Shown one piece after another: positions 10,406-21,006 of a DNA stretch of 64,000 nucleotides. Below the pieces are notes generated by a model that saw only the letters and a program-made list of their open reading frames with translations, was not told the origin of the DNA and made no database searches. Made by a program: the position numbers and the translations under genes. The DNA comes from Patescibacteria group bacterium. Lineage in GTDB: Bacteria; Patescibacteriota; Gracilibacteria; UBA1369; UBA12470. Position 1 is the first letter of the stretch. Each line of letters starts with the position of its first letter. The stretch lies in NCBI GenBank assembly GCA_018816885.1, contig JAHIUS010000001.1:8028-72027 (forward strand), read 5' to 3'.

Positions 10406-10440
10406 GGGGCATAGAGCATGCGGCCTTCGGCCTCTCTGGA
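10406..10440. repeat. Heptamers + hairpin module A between rplX and rplE
   Basis: ggggcatagagcatgc-ggcc-ttc-ggcc-tctctgga abutting rplX stop. Confidence 0.8.
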
Positions 10441-10782
10441 TTATTTTTTCTTTTTAGATTTGGCTTCTGTCGGTTTGTCGATTGATTCGTTACATTTCTT
10501 ACAGACTCTTCTTTTTTTGCCGTCTTTCGGGATTACATATCCTACTCTTGCCGGTTTTTTGCAGTGAGGGCAGAGGACTTTCACATTTGATACATCGATC
10601 GGGGCTTCAAATTGAATGATTTCTCCTGCTCTTGTTGTGGTTTTTTTGATGTGTTTTTTCTTAATATTAACTTTTTCGACCACGATCGCGTTTCTTTTTT
10701 TCATAATACGCATGACCTTTCCGGTTTTACCCTTATCTTTTCCTGTGATTACCGCCACATTGTCACCTGATTTAATTTTCAT
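10441..10782 (-). CDS. rplX: 50S ribosomal protein L24
   Basis: [24 protein letters not shown], CxxC..CxxC. Confidence 0.98.
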   Translation of the reverse strand: MKIKSGDNVAVITGKDKGKTGKVMRIMKKRNAIVVEKVNIKKKHIKKTTTRAGEIIQFEAPIDVSNVKVLCPHCKKPARVGYVIPKDGKKRRVCKKCNESIDKPTEAKSKKKK

Positions 10783-11147
10783 AATACATCTGGAGCTAAT
10801 GAGATAATTTTTTGAAACCCTTTGTCTCGAAGTTCTCTTCCTACCGGGCCGAATACACGCGTTCCTTTGGGTTGACCTTCTTTATTTATGATTACTACTG
10901 CGTTATCATCGAACCTGATAGCTGAGCCGTCTTTGCGGCTGAGTTCTTTCCTGGTTCTTACAACAACAGCTCTTTCTATCGCTTTTTTCTTAACTACTCC
11001 TTTTGGAGCAGCTTTTTTGACTGCAACAGTTATTATATCTCCCAATGAGGCATATCGTCTTTTTGAACCTCCGAGGACTTTAATACACATTACCTCTTTG
11101 GCTCCGGTGTTGTCTGCGACTTGTAGTAGTGTTTGTACTTGTATCAT
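10779..11147 (-). CDS. rplN: 50S ribosomal protein L14
   Basis: [24 protein letters not shown]. Confidence 0.99.
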   Translation of the reverse strand: MIQVQTLLQVADNTGAKEVMCIKVLGGSKRRYASLGDIITVAVKKAAPKGVVKKKAIERAVVVRTRKELSRKDGSAIRFDDNAVVIINKEGQPKGTRVFGPVGRELRDKGFQKIISLAPDVL

Positions 11148-11161
11148 GGTTTAATTCATTG

Positions 11162-11401
11162 TTATTTTGTAGCTTCTTCCGGGTTTACGGTTGTCCATCT
11201 CTTGAGTTTCGAAAGTGGTCTGGATTCGTAGATTGTTACCTTGTCTCCTTCTTTCAGTTTGTTTCCTGCGTCGTGTGCGTGATGCTTCTTTGATACTCGG
11301 TATCTCTTCTTGTATTTCGGGTGTCTTTTATATGCATGAACTGTGACGACGACAGTGTCTTTCATTTTGGTGCTTGTGACTATTCCGGTTTTTGTTCGCA
11401 T
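11162..11401 (-). CDS. rpsQ: 30S ribosomal protein S17
   Basis: KM..TVVV, HPKYKK, HD, ESRPLSK.KRW. Confidence 0.98.
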   Translation of the reverse strand: MRTKTGIVTSTKMKDTVVVTVHAYKRHPKYKKRYRVSKKHHAHDAGNKLKEGDKVTIYESRPLSKLKRWTTVNPEEATK

Positions 11402-11414
11402 TTTAATCTAGGAT

Positions 11415-11621
11415 TTAAGATGTAGTGGTTTGGTTTGTTGTCTCGTTTTTTACTGTCAGAATTTGTGCGCAGTATCGCTTGTATGTTGATGCCAGATGAG
11501 ATTTCTTGTCTTGATTAGCTTTTAAATCCAATCGAGACTGCATAAGCTTTATTCGGGCTTTTTCAAGCTCTTTCCGGAGTTCTTCGGTACTAAGTTTTCG
11601 CAGTTCTTTTATTGTCAGCAT
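11415..11621 (-). CDS. rpmC: 50S ribosomal protein L29
   Basis: KELR.LS.EEL...L; AQILTV; position between rplP and rpsQ. Confidence 0.92.
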   Translation of the reverse strand: MLTIKELRKLSTEELRKELEKARIKLMQSRLDLKANQDKKSHLASTYKRYCAQILTVKNETTNQTTTS

Positions 11622-11622
11622 T

Positions 11623-12045
11623 TTAATTTATTTCGTGAGATGATATGAATTTAGTTTTGACAGGTAATTTGTGGCTTGCGAGTCTCATTGCTTCTCGTGC
11701 GACGCTTTCTTCCACGCCCTCCATTTCGAATATAATTGCTCCCGGTTTGACCATTGTTACATATTTCTCAACATTACCCTTACCGCTGCCCATAGGTACT
11801 TCCGCAGCTTTTTGTGTTACAGGTTTGTGAGGGAATACTCTGATCCAAATTTTCCCGCCTCTTTTGACATATCTTGTCATTGCTCGTCTTGCCGCTTCGA
11901 TTTGACGCGATGTTACTTCATGCAGAGATTGGGCTTTGAGGGCATATGATCCGAATGCGATTTTGGTATTGCCTTTGGATTTACCTTGGAATGAACCTCT
12001 TAATCTATGTGATTTCCTGTATTTTTGCTTCTTAGGTAGTAACAT
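11623..12045 (-). CDS. rplP: 50S ribosomal protein L16
   Basis: [27 protein letters not shown]. Confidence 0.99.
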   Translation of the reverse strand: MLLPKKQKYRKSHRLRGSFQGKSKGNTKIAFGSYALKAQSLHEVTSRQIEAARRAMTRYVKRGGKIWIRVFPHKPVTQKAAEVPMGSGKGNVEKYVTMVKPGAIIFEMEGVEESVAREAMRLASHKLPVKTKFISSHEIN

Positions 12046-12083
12046 TATTTAGTTGTAGTTAGTAGTGGTAACGGTAGTGGTAG

Positions 12084-12785
12084 TTAAGCAGCTTTTTGGG
12101 CAGTGTTTTTTTCCGCTATTGATCTTGAATGCGGATTGACGGTTGTGCTTAAATCTTTTTTGAAGATTTCTCCTTTGTAAATCCAAACTTTTATTCCTAT
12201 TATCCCATATGTTGTATTTGCTTCAGCAAGTGCATAATCAATATCCGCCCTGAATGTGTGAAGAGGAATTTTCCCTTCTGAATAAAATTCGCTTCTTGAG
12301 ATTTCGACACCGTTTAATCTTCCCGAAACCAGTACTTTTGCTCCGATTGCCCCTGCTTCAATGGCTTTCTGAATAGCCATTTTTGACGCTCTTCTGTATG
12401 AGATTCTTCTTTCTACTTGTTTTGCTATTGAGTCTGCAAGCAGAGTCGCGTCTATATCCGGTTTCTGAATTTCCGAAATATTGATATGGAATCTGCTGCC
12501 GAACTTTTTTTCCAGTTTTTCTCGGAATCTGTCAATATCCTCACCTTGTCTTCCTATTATAACTCCAGGTTTGGAGCTGTATATATTGATGGTTGTTTCG
12601 CTGGTGCTCCTTAATATTTGGATTAGTCCGATGCCGCAGTCAGGCAGAGATTTTAAGATGAATTTTCTGATTGCTATGTCTTGATGAAATAAGCCGGCGT
12701 ACTTTTTTTTCGAGGCGTACCAACTTGAGTCCCATCCCTTGATGATTCCTATTCTCTGGATTTTCGGATTAACTTTTTGTCCCAT
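12084..12785 (-). CDS. rpsC: 30S ribosomal protein S3
   Basis: MGQKVNP, PGVIIGR.G, SGRLNG.EI.R, PLHTFRADIDY. Confidence 0.99.
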   Translation of the reverse strand: MGQKVNPKIQRIGIIKGWDSSWYASKKKYAGLFHQDIAIRKFILKSLPDCGIGLIQILRSTSETTINIYSSKPGVIIGRQGEDIDRFREKLEKKFGSRFHINISEIQKPDIDATLLADSIAKQVERRISYRRASKMAIQKAIEAGAIGAKVLVSGRLNGVEISRSEFYSEGKIPLHTFRADIDYALAEANTTYGIIGIKVWIYKGEIFKKDLSTTVNPHSRSIAEKNTAQKAA

Positions 12786-12790
12786 TGTTT

Positions 12791-13150
12791 TTAGTTAGTA
12801 GTTTCAGTTGTAGTTTCTTCCGGAGTTTTTACATCGAGTTTTACTGTGATGTGTGAGTTTCTTTTTAAAATCGGGTGAGATCTCCCTCTGGAACAAGGCA
12901 TTGATCTTTTGTATGTTGTTCCTTCATTTACGATTACTTCTTTTATATAAAGCTGATTTCGTTCTTGCTTGAAGTTGTTTTCGGCATTTGCCGCTGCTGA
13001 TGCTATTATTTTGTACAGTATTTTTGCACCTTTTTTCGGAGTAAAGCGTAGATCCGTAAGGGCATCTTCCACTTTTTTACCTCGGACTAATCCGGCGACC
13101 AAATTCGCTTTTTTCGGTGAGATGCTGACTTGTCTTAGTATTGCTTGCAT
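12791..13150 (-). CDS. rplV: 50S ribosomal protein L22
   Basis: ISPKK.NLVA.LVRG, SAAANAENN, SHITV. Confidence 0.98.
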   Translation of the reverse strand: MQAILRQVSISPKKANLVAGLVRGKKVEDALTDLRFTPKKGAKILYKIIASAAANAENNFKQERNQLYIKEVIVNEGTTYKRSMPCSRGRSHPILKRNSHITVKLDVKTPEETTTETTN

Positions 13151-13180
13151 ATTTTATTTAGTTGCAGAAGTAGTTTTAGT

Positions 13181-13444
13181 TTATTTTGCCAATTTTCCTC
13201 CGTGACCTTTGAATTTCCTCGTGAAGGCGAATTCGCCCAGTCTATGTCCTACCATGTTTTCCGATACGAATACAGGTATGTGTTCTTTTCCGTTGTGGAC
13301 TGCAAATGTGTGGCCCACGAACTCAGGGGCTATTACCGAGGCTCTTGCCCAGGTTTTGATCACTTGCTTGTTTCCACCCATCGCCTGTACTTTTTTAAGA
13401 AGTTTGGGTTCTACGTATGGTCCTTTTTTTGATGATCGTGACAT
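13181..13444 (-). CDS. rpsS: 30S ribosomal protein S19
   Basis: RS.KKGPYV, VHNGK.H.PV, MVGH.LGEF. Confidence 0.99.
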   Translation of the reverse strand: MSRSSKKGPYVEPKLLKKVQAMGGNKQVIKTWARASVIAPEFVGHTFAVHNGKEHIPVFVSENMVGHRLGEFAFTRKFKGHGGKLAK

Positions 13445-13460
13445 GATTTAGTGTGTTAGT

Positions 13461-13502
13461 GGGGCATAGGGCACGGGGTATGCGGGCTTCGCCCTCGGTG
13501 GA
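13461..13502. repeat. Heptamers + hairpin module A between rplB and rpsS
   Basis: ggggcatagggcacggggtatgcgggcttcgccctcggtgga. Confidence 0.85.
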
Positions 13503-14351
13503 TTATTTGTTGACTTGGCGGCCTTTGCGATCTCTTACGCGGTATTTGTTGGTTAACTTGTTTTTTCTGGTTTTGAAGCCGAGTGCCGGTAGCCCCCAAG
13601 GAGTTTTCGGATGCTTCATACCAATTGAAGTTGCACCTTCACCACCTCCGTGCGGGTGATCGCAGGGGTTCATAGCTTTACCTCTTACTTGAGGTCTTTT
13701 CCCCATCCATCTTTTCCTTCCGGCTTTACCTATTTTCAGGTTGCTGTGTTCGATGTTGCTTACAACGCCGATAGTAGCGAAACACTCTTTGGATACCAGG
13801 CGAACTTCTTTTGAAGGAAGCTCAATGTGAGCCATTTTCCCTTCCAGTGATGCCAGCTTTGCTCCTCCGCCCGCGCTTCTGCAAAGCTGTCCTCCGCGAC
13901 CTTCAAACATTTCAATGTTGCAAATTGAAAATCCCGGAGGGATGTTTTTGATTTTTAATCTATTGCCTTTTTTGATCTTGGCTTTTTCTGCACAAAGCAG
14001 TTTATCTCCTTCGAGAATCCCTTCCGGAGCAAGATGGTATCTTTTGTCACCGTCTTTGTAAGTTACGAGCATTATGTAAGCCGTTCTGTTCGGATCGTAT
14101 TCGATTGAGGTTACAGTTCCTTCAATGTTGAGCTTGGCTATTCTGCTGAAATCAACCTTCCTTAGACGTTTTTTGTGACCTCCGCCCCTGTGACGAACCG
14201 TAAGTTTTCCCTGGGAATTTCTTCCTGCTTTCTCTTTCTTTTTGGTAAGGAGTCTTTTTTCAGGACTTTTGCCTTTGGTCAGCTCTTCGAAAGTGTACTT
14301 CGAGTAGTTTCTTCTTGCGTTTGATATAGGTTTTACTTTTTTGACTGCCAT
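13503..14351 (-). CDS. rplB: 50S ribosomal protein L2
   Basis: EYDPNRTA, RP.VRG.AMNP.DHPHGGGEG. Confidence 0.99.
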   Translation of the reverse strand: MAVKKVKPISNARRNYSKYTFEELTKGKSPEKRLLTKKKEKAGRNSQGKLTVRHRGGGHKKRLRKVDFSRIAKLNIEGTVTSIEYDPNRTAYIMLVTYKDGDKRYHLAPEGILEGDKLLCAEKAKIKKGNRLKIKNIPPGFSICNIEMFEGRGGQLCRSAGGGAKLASLEGKMAHIELPSKEVRLVSKECFATIGVVSNIEHSNLKIGKAGRKRWMGKRPQVRGKAMNPCDHPHGGGEGATSIGMKHPKTPWGLPALGFKTRKNKLTNKYRVRDRKGRQVNK

Positions 14352-14355
14352 AGAA

Positions 14356-14658
14356 TTATTTCTTTGTAGATTTAATGTCTTTTTTCAGATCCAGTTTTTG
14401 GTTCGGGGCAAGCGTTATTATTGCTTTCTTTGCCTGATTTCTTTTCTGGACAACCGATTTTTTGTGTCCCCATTTCGTTTTTGGTTTAATGGCGACTATG
14501 TTAACTTTCGCTACTTTTAGTCCATATATGATTTGAAATTCACGCTTGATATCTATCTTTGTTGCTCTTGGGTCAACGATGAAACTGTGCTTGTTCGATT
14601 CTTGCGCTGTAGCGCTTTTTTCTGTGATCACTTGTTTTTTGAGTAGTGTAGAGGGCAT
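14356..14658 (-). CDS. rplW: 50S ribosomal protein L23
   Basis: ITEKS, F.V...ATK.DIK, KKAIITL. Confidence 0.95.
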   Translation of the reverse strand: MPSTLLKKQVITEKSATAQESNKHSFIVDPRATKIDIKREFQIIYGLKVAKVNIVAIKPKTKWGHKKSVVQKRNQAKKAIITLAPNQKLDLKKDIKSTKK

Positions 14659-14666
14659 GGGATTTG

Positions 14667-15329
14667 TTAATTTGTGGTAATGCTTTCTTCTTGTTCGACA
14701 GGTGTTTTCTTTAGGAAAGTTTCTTCTAAGATTTTGAAAGCTTCTTGTAAAAAGAGAAGGTCATTGTTTTTCAGTACCTTCTCTACATTTAAGTTTCTTG
14801 CTTCGATTGTGTCGACGAACTTGAGGTTTTTTGCAGCGCGGAAAATTATTTCGTTTTTCCCGTCAGTTACTATTAGCAAGGTCTTTTTTACAGGTAGCTT
14901 GGAAATGGTTTCCGCTATTAATTTGGTTTTGGGCTCTTTATTGTAATCTTCCAGTGCCAATATGTTTCCGTCTTTTGCTTTTGCTGACAATAGAGAGAAT
15001 AAAGCTTTTCTTTGCTGTTTCTTCGGCATTGATTTCGAAAAATTTCTATCGTTTCTTGGGCCGAAAATTGCGTATCCACCTCTGTGATGTCCGCTTTTAC
15101 TAGATCCTTGCCGTGCGCGACCCGTTCCTTTCTGCCTATGGGGTTTCGCTCCGGTTACGCTGATCTCGCCTCTTTTTTTGGCATGAGCGATTGGAGTACG
15201 CTTATTGGCTTGGATCATTACGAGTGCTTGATGTATTAATCCTTCGTTTGGCTTGATTCCGAATATGTCTTTATTCAGTGTTATTTCTCCTTTAGATTCG
15301 CCGTTCTGATTATATAGTTTTGCTTTCAT
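14667..15329 (-). CDS. rplD: 50S ribosomal protein L4 (start likely MKAKLY; the upstream ATG lies in a repeat)
   Basis: KPHRQKGTGRARQGS, FGPR. Confidence 0.98.
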   Translation of the reverse strand: MKAKLYNQNGESKGEITLNKDIFGIKPNEGLIHQALVMIQANKRTPIAHAKKRGEISVTGAKPHRQKGTGRARQGSSKSGHHRGGYAIFGPRNDRNFSKSMPKKQQRKALFSLLSAKAKDGNILALEDYNKEPKTKLIAETISKLPVKKTLLIVTDGKNEIIFRAAKNLKFVDTIEARNLNVEKVLKNNDLLFLQEAFKILEETFLKKTPVEQEESITTN

Positions 15330-15337
15330 GTGATGCG

Positions 15338-15372
15338 TGGGCATTGGGCATGCGGGCTTTGCCCTCTGTGGA
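15338..15372. repeat. Heptamers + hairpin module A between rplC and rplD
   Basis: tgggcattgggcatgcgggctttgccctctgtgga. Confidence 0.85.
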
Positions 15373-15377
15373 ATTAA

Positions 15378-15962
15378 TTATATTAGCTTGCGGATTATTA
15401 CCAATGAATTTTTCGCGCCCGGGATTGGGCCTTTGATTCCGATTAGATTTTCCTCTTGGTTTAGGTATGCGATTATAGCTCTCTTGATTGTAACTGTATC
15501 ATTTCCCATTCGACCGGCCATTTTCTTCCCTTTGTGGACTCTTCCGGGCTTGGCACAGGCTCCGATTGACCCGGGCTCTCTCTTGTGGTGTGAGCCGTGA
15601 GACATTGGTCCGCAGCTGAAATTGTGCCTCTTGATTGTTCCTTGAGTTCCTTTACCTTTTGAAACTCCTGTTACTTTCACCACTTCTTCTTCTTCGAAAA
15701 TATCTACTTTTATTTGTTCTCCTTTTTTTGGAGCTTCATCTTCTTCCCAACGGAACTCTCTCAGGTTGTGAAATTTCTTGTTTTTCGTCGGGTTTTTATA
15801 CTGGTTAAATCCCAGGACTACCGCCGGATATCCGTCCTTGCCAGCTGTTTTTACTTGAACCACTTCATTCGGTTCACATTTTACAACTGTTAGGGGGATC
15901 ACACGACCGTCATCTTGAATGATGCGAGTCATACCGATTTTTGTGCCTAAGATTCCAGGCAT
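15378..15962 (-). CDS. rplC: 50S ribosomal protein L3
   Basis: GILG.KIGMT, SKGKG.QG.IKRHNF, PGSIG, GKKMAGRMG. Confidence 0.99.
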   Translation of the reverse strand: MPGILGTKIGMTRIIQDDGRVIPLTVVKCEPNEVVQVKTAGKDGYPAVVLGFNQYKNPTKNKKFHNLREFRWEEDEAPKKGEQIKVDIFEEEEVVKVTGVSKGKGTQGTIKRHNFSCGPMSHGSHHKREPGSIGACAKPGRVHKGKKMAGRMGNDTVTIKRAIIAYLNQEENLIGIKGPIPGAKNSLVIIRKLI

Positions 15963-15975
15963 GATTGTATAGGTT

Positions 15976-16024
15976 AGGGCATTGGGCAGAGGACATAGGG
16001 CATGTGGCCGTTGGCCTCTGTGGA
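15976..16024. repeat. Heptamers + hairpin module A in rplC leader
   Basis: agggcattgggcagaggacatagggcatgt-ggcc-gtt-ggcc-tctgtgga. Confidence 0.8.
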
Positions 16025-16099
16025 TAGGAGATTGGTCTTTTGAGTCCGCGTGGGAGCCTTACTCCTGTTCTAACTTGCAAATTTTAAACTTGCGGGGGT

Positions 16100-16128
16100 A
16101 CTTTATAGATTTGGCCGGTATTAGTCAA
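16100..16128 (-). promoter_or_regulatory. sigma70-like promoter upstream of rplC
   Basis: Minus strand TTGACT-17 bp-TAAAGT. Confidence 0.65.
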
Positions 16129-16150
16129 GGGAAAAATTTCGCACAGGGCA

Positions 16151-16894
16151 TTACAGAAATTTGAAGCTATCAGCGACATCTTGGTCATATGGGGTGAAAT
16201 CATCGCCACTCTTGTAGTAAAGCACATAATCTTGTCCAACTCCCCAGGTTACGGCTTTGTTTGCTTCCGGGTAGTACTTTAAGAATGTAATCCCGTTGAT
16301 GAAGCAGTTGGGGAATCCGTATTCGTTTTCTCCTTCTCCTGATAGTTGTACGTTATAGACTTCTGCTTGGTTTCCTTCTTCAAGTTCGATTTTCGTACAA
16401 GTTTCTCCGTATTTGTTTGCTCCGAATGCAAGCAGTTCAGCTTCGTTGTTAACTTCTGCTACTTCTATTTTCCAAGGTATAGCATAAGTTGTTGCCTCGA
16501 GTGATGATAGGGTCGCGTTCGGATCATTTGTTATATATACATAATTTTTCCCAGTGTTTTCTATTACTTCGATAGGGTATAGGAAGTTTTGTGCCTGAGG
16601 TCCTTGTTTTGTGCTTTCTTTCGGCAGCTCTATTGAGAATCCCAGGTCATAGTTTGTATAGAGGTTCCAGGTGTTGTTTAGTGAAGTTAAATTTGACCCC
16701 GCGGGTATTGTTTCCGTCATTTCTTCCGGTACTACTTCTGTTTTTTCATTGTCGGTCGAGGTTTCATCAGGGCTGACTGTTTTGTTGGCGTAATAGTATC
16801 CGCCGTAAGCGGCCAAGGCTACAATCAGGGCTCCGATAATCAAGTGTGAAAAGATTTTGCAGCTACATTTGCATTGGCAATTTTCGTTGTTCAT
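16151..16894 (-). CDS. Single-TM membrane-anchored hypothetical protein (PsbP-like motif)
   Basis: N-terminal CxCxCxC, TM helix, acidic linker, WNLYTNYDLGFSIELP. Confidence 0.8.
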   Translation of the reverse strand: MNNENCQCKCSCKIFSHLIIGALIVALAAYGGYYYANKTVSPDETSTDNEKTEVVPEEMTETIPAGSNLTSLNNTWNLYTNYDLGFSIELPKESTKQGPQAQNFLYPIEVIENTGKNYVYITNDPNATLSSLEATTYAIPWKIEVAEVNNEAELLAFGANKYGETCTKIELEEGNQAEVYNVQLSGEGENEYGFPNCFINGITFLKYYPEANKAVTWGVGQDYVLYYKSGDDFTPYDQDVADSFKFL

Positions 16895-16914
16895 TTGATA
16901 AAGGTTATTTGGTT

Positions 16915-17250
16915 TTATTCCGGTTTAGGATCTTCTGTGATCATTTTTATCGATATATCTACTCCCGCAGGCAGGGATAGACTTGAAAGTTGTTCGATTG
17001 TTTTTGGAGTTGTTTCCCGAAGGTCAATTAGTCGTTTGTGTGTTCGGATTTCGTATTGATCCCTGGAATCTTTGTTTACAAACGTTGATTTGTTTACTGT
17101 AAATTTTTCGATTTTCATTGGAAGTGGGATCGGTCCTGCGATTCTTGCGCCGGTCCTTTCAGCCGTATCGATTATCAGCTTGGTTGCTTCGTCGATGACT
17201 TTGTGGTCGAAAGATTTAATCTTGATTCGAATTTTCTGTGCGGAGGCCAT
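16915..17250 (-). CDS. rpsJ: 30S ribosomal protein S10
   Basis: IRIKIKSFD, GPIPLP, YEIRTHKRLID, LPAGVDI. Confidence 0.99.
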   Translation of the reverse strand: MASAQKIRIKIKSFDHKVIDEATKLIIDTAERTGARIAGPIPLPMKIEKFTVNKSTFVNKDSRDQYEIRTHKRLIDLRETTPKTIEQLSSLSLPAGVDISIKMITEDPKPE

Positions 17251-17400
17251 TTTGATACGGGTTAGGATATAGTGGATAGTGAATATGCCGGGAGGGAATC
17301 CCGGAGCTTTTTGGCTACCATTTTAATTTAGTGGGATTTCCCTGTGGGGGGCCAAAACATTAAAAGCAATGCTTTGGACTTTATTCTTTCGGGCTTTAAA

Positions 17401-17431
17401 GCCCGGGTAAGTGTGGGGATTTTACCCGGGC
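17401..17431 (-). terminator. GC-rich hairpin just downstream of tuf (weak U-tract)
   Basis: gcccgggtaa...ttacccgggc, 10-bp stem. Confidence 0.5.
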
Positions 17432-17451
17432 AATTGAAACCAAAAAGTTTA

Positions 17452-18642
17452 TTATTCTACAATCTTAGTAACTACTCCGGCTCCCACTGTTCGTCCACCT
17501 TCGCGGATTGCAAAGCGGGTTCCTTCGTCCAGAGCGATAGGAGCTCCGAGGACTACATCCATTTTGACATTGTCTCCGGGCATAACCATCTCAACTCCTG
17601 CAGGAAGCTCGATAGCTCCTGTTACATCAGTTGTTCTGATGTAGAACTGAGGTTTGTAACCCTTGAAGAAAGGAGTGTGTCGTCCACCTTCTTCCTTGGT
17701 TAGTACATACACTTCACACTCGAATTTTGTGTGTGGAGTGATTGAACCGGGGGCGGCAAGTACTTGGCCCCTTTCGATTTCTTCACGCTCGATTCCTCTT
17801 AACAGTACACCTACATTGTCTCCGGCTTGACCTTGGTCAAGAAGTTTCTTGAACATTTCAACACCCGTAACAACAACTTTCCTTGTATCTTTAACGCCTA
17901 CGATTTCCACTTCTTCATTTATTTTCACAATACCTTGGTCGATACGCCCTGTAGCAACGGTACCACGTCCTTTAATTGAGAATACATCCTCGATAGGCAT
18001 CAGGAACGGTTTGTCCAAAACTCTTTCCGGTGTCGGGATATATTCGTCGAGAGCTTTTAAAAGTTCAAGTATTGGTTCTGCATCAGGTCCGTCCGGATTT
18101 TCAAGAGCTTTTAGTGCTGAACCCTTGATGACAGGAGTGTCATCTCCGGGGAACTCATATTTAGATAAAAGTTCGCGTACTTCCATCTCGGAAAGTTCTG
18201 CGATTTCCGGGTCGGCGATATCCATCTTGTTAAGAAAGACGATGACATAAGGCACATTAACTTGCCTTGCAAGAAGGATGTGCTCTCTTGTTTGAGGCAT
18301 TGGTCCGTCTGCCGCAGATACTACCAAGATAGCTCCGTCCATTTGGGCCGCACCAGTAATCATGTTTTTGACATAATCGGCGTGTCCCGGACAGTCTACA
18401 TGAGCGTAGTGCCTGTTCTCGGTTTCGTATTCCTGATGAGAAGTTGCGATTGTGATACCGCGATCCCTTTCTTCAGGTGCGTTGTCGATTTGGTCGAAAG
18501 CAACGACTTTATTATTTCCGCCGAATTTTGTAGCGGCTACTGTTGTGATTGCAGCGGTAAGAGTTGTTTTACCATGGTCAACGTGTCCGATTGTACCTAC
18601 GTTAACGTGAGGTTTGCTGCGATCAAATTTTCCATCTGCCAT
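17452..18642 (-). CDS. tuf: Elongation factor Tu
   Basis: [33 protein letters not shown]. Confidence 0.99.
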   Translation of the reverse strand: MADGKFDRSKPHVNVGTIGHVDHGKTTLTAAITTVAATKFGGNNKVVAFDQIDNAPEERDRGITIATSHQEYETENRHYAHVDCPGHADYVKNMITGAAQMDGAILVVSAADGPMPQTREHILLARQVNVPYVIVFLNKMDIADPEIAELSEMEVRELLSKYEFPGDDTPVIKGSALKALENPDGPDAEPILELLKALDEYIPTPERVLDKPFLMPIEDVFSIKGRGTVATGRIDQGIVKINEEVEIVGVKDTRKVVVTGVEMFKKLLDQGQAGDNVGVLLRGIEREEIERGQVLAAPGSITPHTKFECEVYVLTKEEGGRHTPFFKGYKPQFYIRTTDVTGAIELPAGVEMVMPGDNVKMDVVLGAPIALDEGTRFAIREGGRTVGAGVVTKIVE

Positions 18643-18704
18643 AATTTTTATGGGTTACAGTTAGTAAAAAAGGATATTTGAAATTTTTGCATTAAGCGCG
18701 GAAA

Positions 18705-18733
18705 ATTTTAGGGTAAAGGGCTTTTTAATGCAA
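18705..18733 (-). promoter_or_regulatory. sigma70-like promoter for tuf
   Basis: Minus strand TTGCAT-17 bp-TAAAAT. Confidence 0.6.
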
Positions 18734-18807
18734 GGGGAAATTCGGAGGATAAATTCAGGACACAGTGATTAGTGAGTGTATATGGCATGAAGATTATTCT
18801 TTGTTTT

Positions 18808-20895
18808 TTACGCAGATCCTCTATCTTCCTTGATTTTATCAGCGATGTTGACAGGGACTTTGGCATAATGTTCGAACTCCATTGTGTAGCCGGCGCGTCC
18901 TTGAGACATCGAGCGAAGATCTGTTGCGTACCCGAACATCTCCGACAGAGGGACGAGAGCTCGGATGAATTTTACCAATCCTCGATCTCCCATTTCTTGG
19001 ATTTGACCTCGGCGTGAATTCAGATCTCCCATTACATCTCCCATATATTCTTCAGGAGTGATGGCTTCTACCTGCATGACAGGTTCAAGCAGTACGGGAC
19101 TGGCTTGTTTTGCCGCTTTCTGAAAAGCCATTGATCCGGCGATTTTGAATGCCATTTCAGACGAATCAACATCATGGTAGGAACCGTCATAAAGTTCCAC
19201 TTTGATGTCTACCACCGGATATCCCGCCATAACACCGCGGGTCATAGCTTCCTGAATACCTTTGTTTACTGCAGGAATGTACTCTTTCGGGATCTTGCCC
19301 CCGGTTACGGCATCTACAAATTCGTATCCTTTCCCCGGTTCTTGAGGACTGACTTTCATTAGAACGTGACCGTATTGACCGCGTCCACCGGTTTGTTTCG
19401 CGTATTTTTCTTCTACATCTACTTCTTTTTGGATTGTTTCGCGATACGCGACTTGCGGTTTACCGACATTGGCTTCCACTTTAAATTCGCGTTTCATGCG
19501 ATCAACGATAATATCGAGATGAAGTTCTCCCATGCCTGCGATAATTGTTTGTCCTGTTTCGTCGTCAGTATGGACTTGGAATGTCGGATCTTCTTCCGCA
19601 AGTTTTTGAAGAGCAATACCCATCTTTTCTTGATCGGCTTTTGTTTTCGGTTCGATCGCGATAGAAATAACAGGTTCAGGGAAGTCGATTGATTCCAGGA
19701 TGATTTGATTTTTTTCGTCACAGAGAGTGTTGCCCGTCAGGGTGTTTTTTAAACCTACAACCGCGGCGATATCTCCCGCTTGAACTTGCTTAATCTCTTC
19801 TCGGTGATTTGCGTGCATTTGGACTAATCGTCCAACTCTTTCTTTTTTCTCTGTTACTGAATTGTAAACGTAACTTCCGGCATCAAGAGTTCCCGAGTAT
19901 ACGCGGATGAATGTTAGTCGTCCGATAAACGGGTCTGTTGCGATTTTGAATGCGAGTGCTGAGAAAGGTGCTTTAAAATTAGGCTCTCTTATTTCTTTTA
20001 CTTCAGATCTTGGTTTGGTTCCTTCCATCGGAGGAACATCTAGGGGGGAAGGCAAGTATTTCACAACGGCATCGATTACCGGTTGAGTACCTTTGTTTTG
20101 TAAGGCTGTTCCGCACATTACAGGGTAAAGGTGTGTTCCGATTGTTCCGATGCGGACTCCTTTTTCGATTTGCTCAGGTGTCAGCTCGCCGTTTTCCAGG
20201 TATGCGTCCATGAGTTCTTCGTCGTTTTCCGACACTTTTTCCATAAGTTTTCCGCGGTATTCTTTTACTTTATCGTTCATGTCTGCAGGGATCTCGATTT
20301 CAACTACGGTTTCTCCTTTGTCTCCTTCGAATTTGTAAGCTTTTTGGTGTATCAGATCGATTACTCCTTCGAAAGTCGATTCTGCTCCGATTGGGAGCTG
20401 AATGGCGATTGCGTCCGGAGAAAGTCTTTTTAAAATTGATTCTAAACTCATGTAAAAATCCGCACCTATCTTATCCATTTTATTGATGAAGGCTATTCGA
20501 GGAACTTTGTATTTGTCAGCTTGACGCCAGACGGTTTCAGACTGAGGTTCTACGCCTTGTGCTCCATCGAAAACCGCAACACCTCCATCTAGCACTCGAA
20601 GCGAACGTTCTACTTCGGCTGTAAAGTCAACATGTCCCGGAGTATCGATAATATTGATTCTGTGTTGGTCGTTTGTGCCCGCTATTGTCCAAAAACAGGT
20701 TGTGGCGGCGGATGTTATCGTGATTCCTCTTTCTCTTTCCTGCTCCATCCAGTCCATTTGAGATTCTCCGTCATGAGTTTCACCGATTTTATGAGTCTTT
20801 CCCGTGTAGAAAAGAATTCTTTCTGTAACTGTTGTTTTACCAGCGTCGATGTGGGCGATAATTCCGATATTTCGAAGTTTTGTTAGGTCGGTCAT
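18808..20895 (-). CDS. fusA: Elongation factor G
   Basis: [35 protein letters not shown]. Confidence 0.99.
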   Translation of the reverse strand: MTDLTKLRNIGIIAHIDAGKTTVTERILFYTGKTHKIGETHDGESQMDWMEQERERGITITSAATTCFWTIAGTNDQHRINIIDTPGHVDFTAEVERSLRVLDGGVAVFDGAQGVEPQSETVWRQADKYKVPRIAFINKMDKIGADFYMSLESILKRLSPDAIAIQLPIGAESTFEGVIDLIHQKAYKFEGDKGETVVEIEIPADMNDKVKEYRGKLMEKVSENDEELMDAYLENGELTPEQIEKGVRIGTIGTHLYPVMCGTALQNKGTQPVIDAVVKYLPSPLDVPPMEGTKPRSEVKEIREPNFKAPFSALAFKIATDPFIGRLTFIRVYSGTLDAGSYVYNSVTEKKERVGRLVQMHANHREEIKQVQAGDIAAVVGLKNTLTGNTLCDEKNQIILESIDFPEPVISIAIEPKTKADQEKMGIALQKLAEEDPTFQVHTDDETGQTIIAGMGELHLDIIVDRMKREFKVEANVGKPQVAYRETIQKEVDVEEKYAKQTGGRGQYGHVLMKVSPQEPGKGYEFVDAVTGGKIPKEYIPAVNKGIQEAMTRGVMAGYPVVDIKVELYDGSYHDVDSSEMAFKIAGSMAFQKAAKQASPVLLEPVMQVEAITPEEYMGDVMGDLNSRRGQIQEMGDRGLVKFIRALVPLSEMFGYATDLRSMSQGRAGYTMEFEHYAKVPVNIADKIKEDRGSA

Positions 20896-20973
20896 TTTAG
20901 TTGATAGTTAGTTGTTGTTTGAGGCATAGGGCAGAGGGCATGGGGCATGCGGAAAATCCCTGAATGCGGGAGT

Positions 20974-21001
20974 ATTATAGGGATGTTCGAGGGAAAATCA
21001 A
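20974..21001 (-). promoter_or_regulatory. sigma70-like promoter for fusA
   Basis: Minus strand TTGATT-16 bp-TATAAT; heptamer array 20921-20952 in the leader. Confidence 0.6.
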
Positions 21002-21006
21002 GAGAA

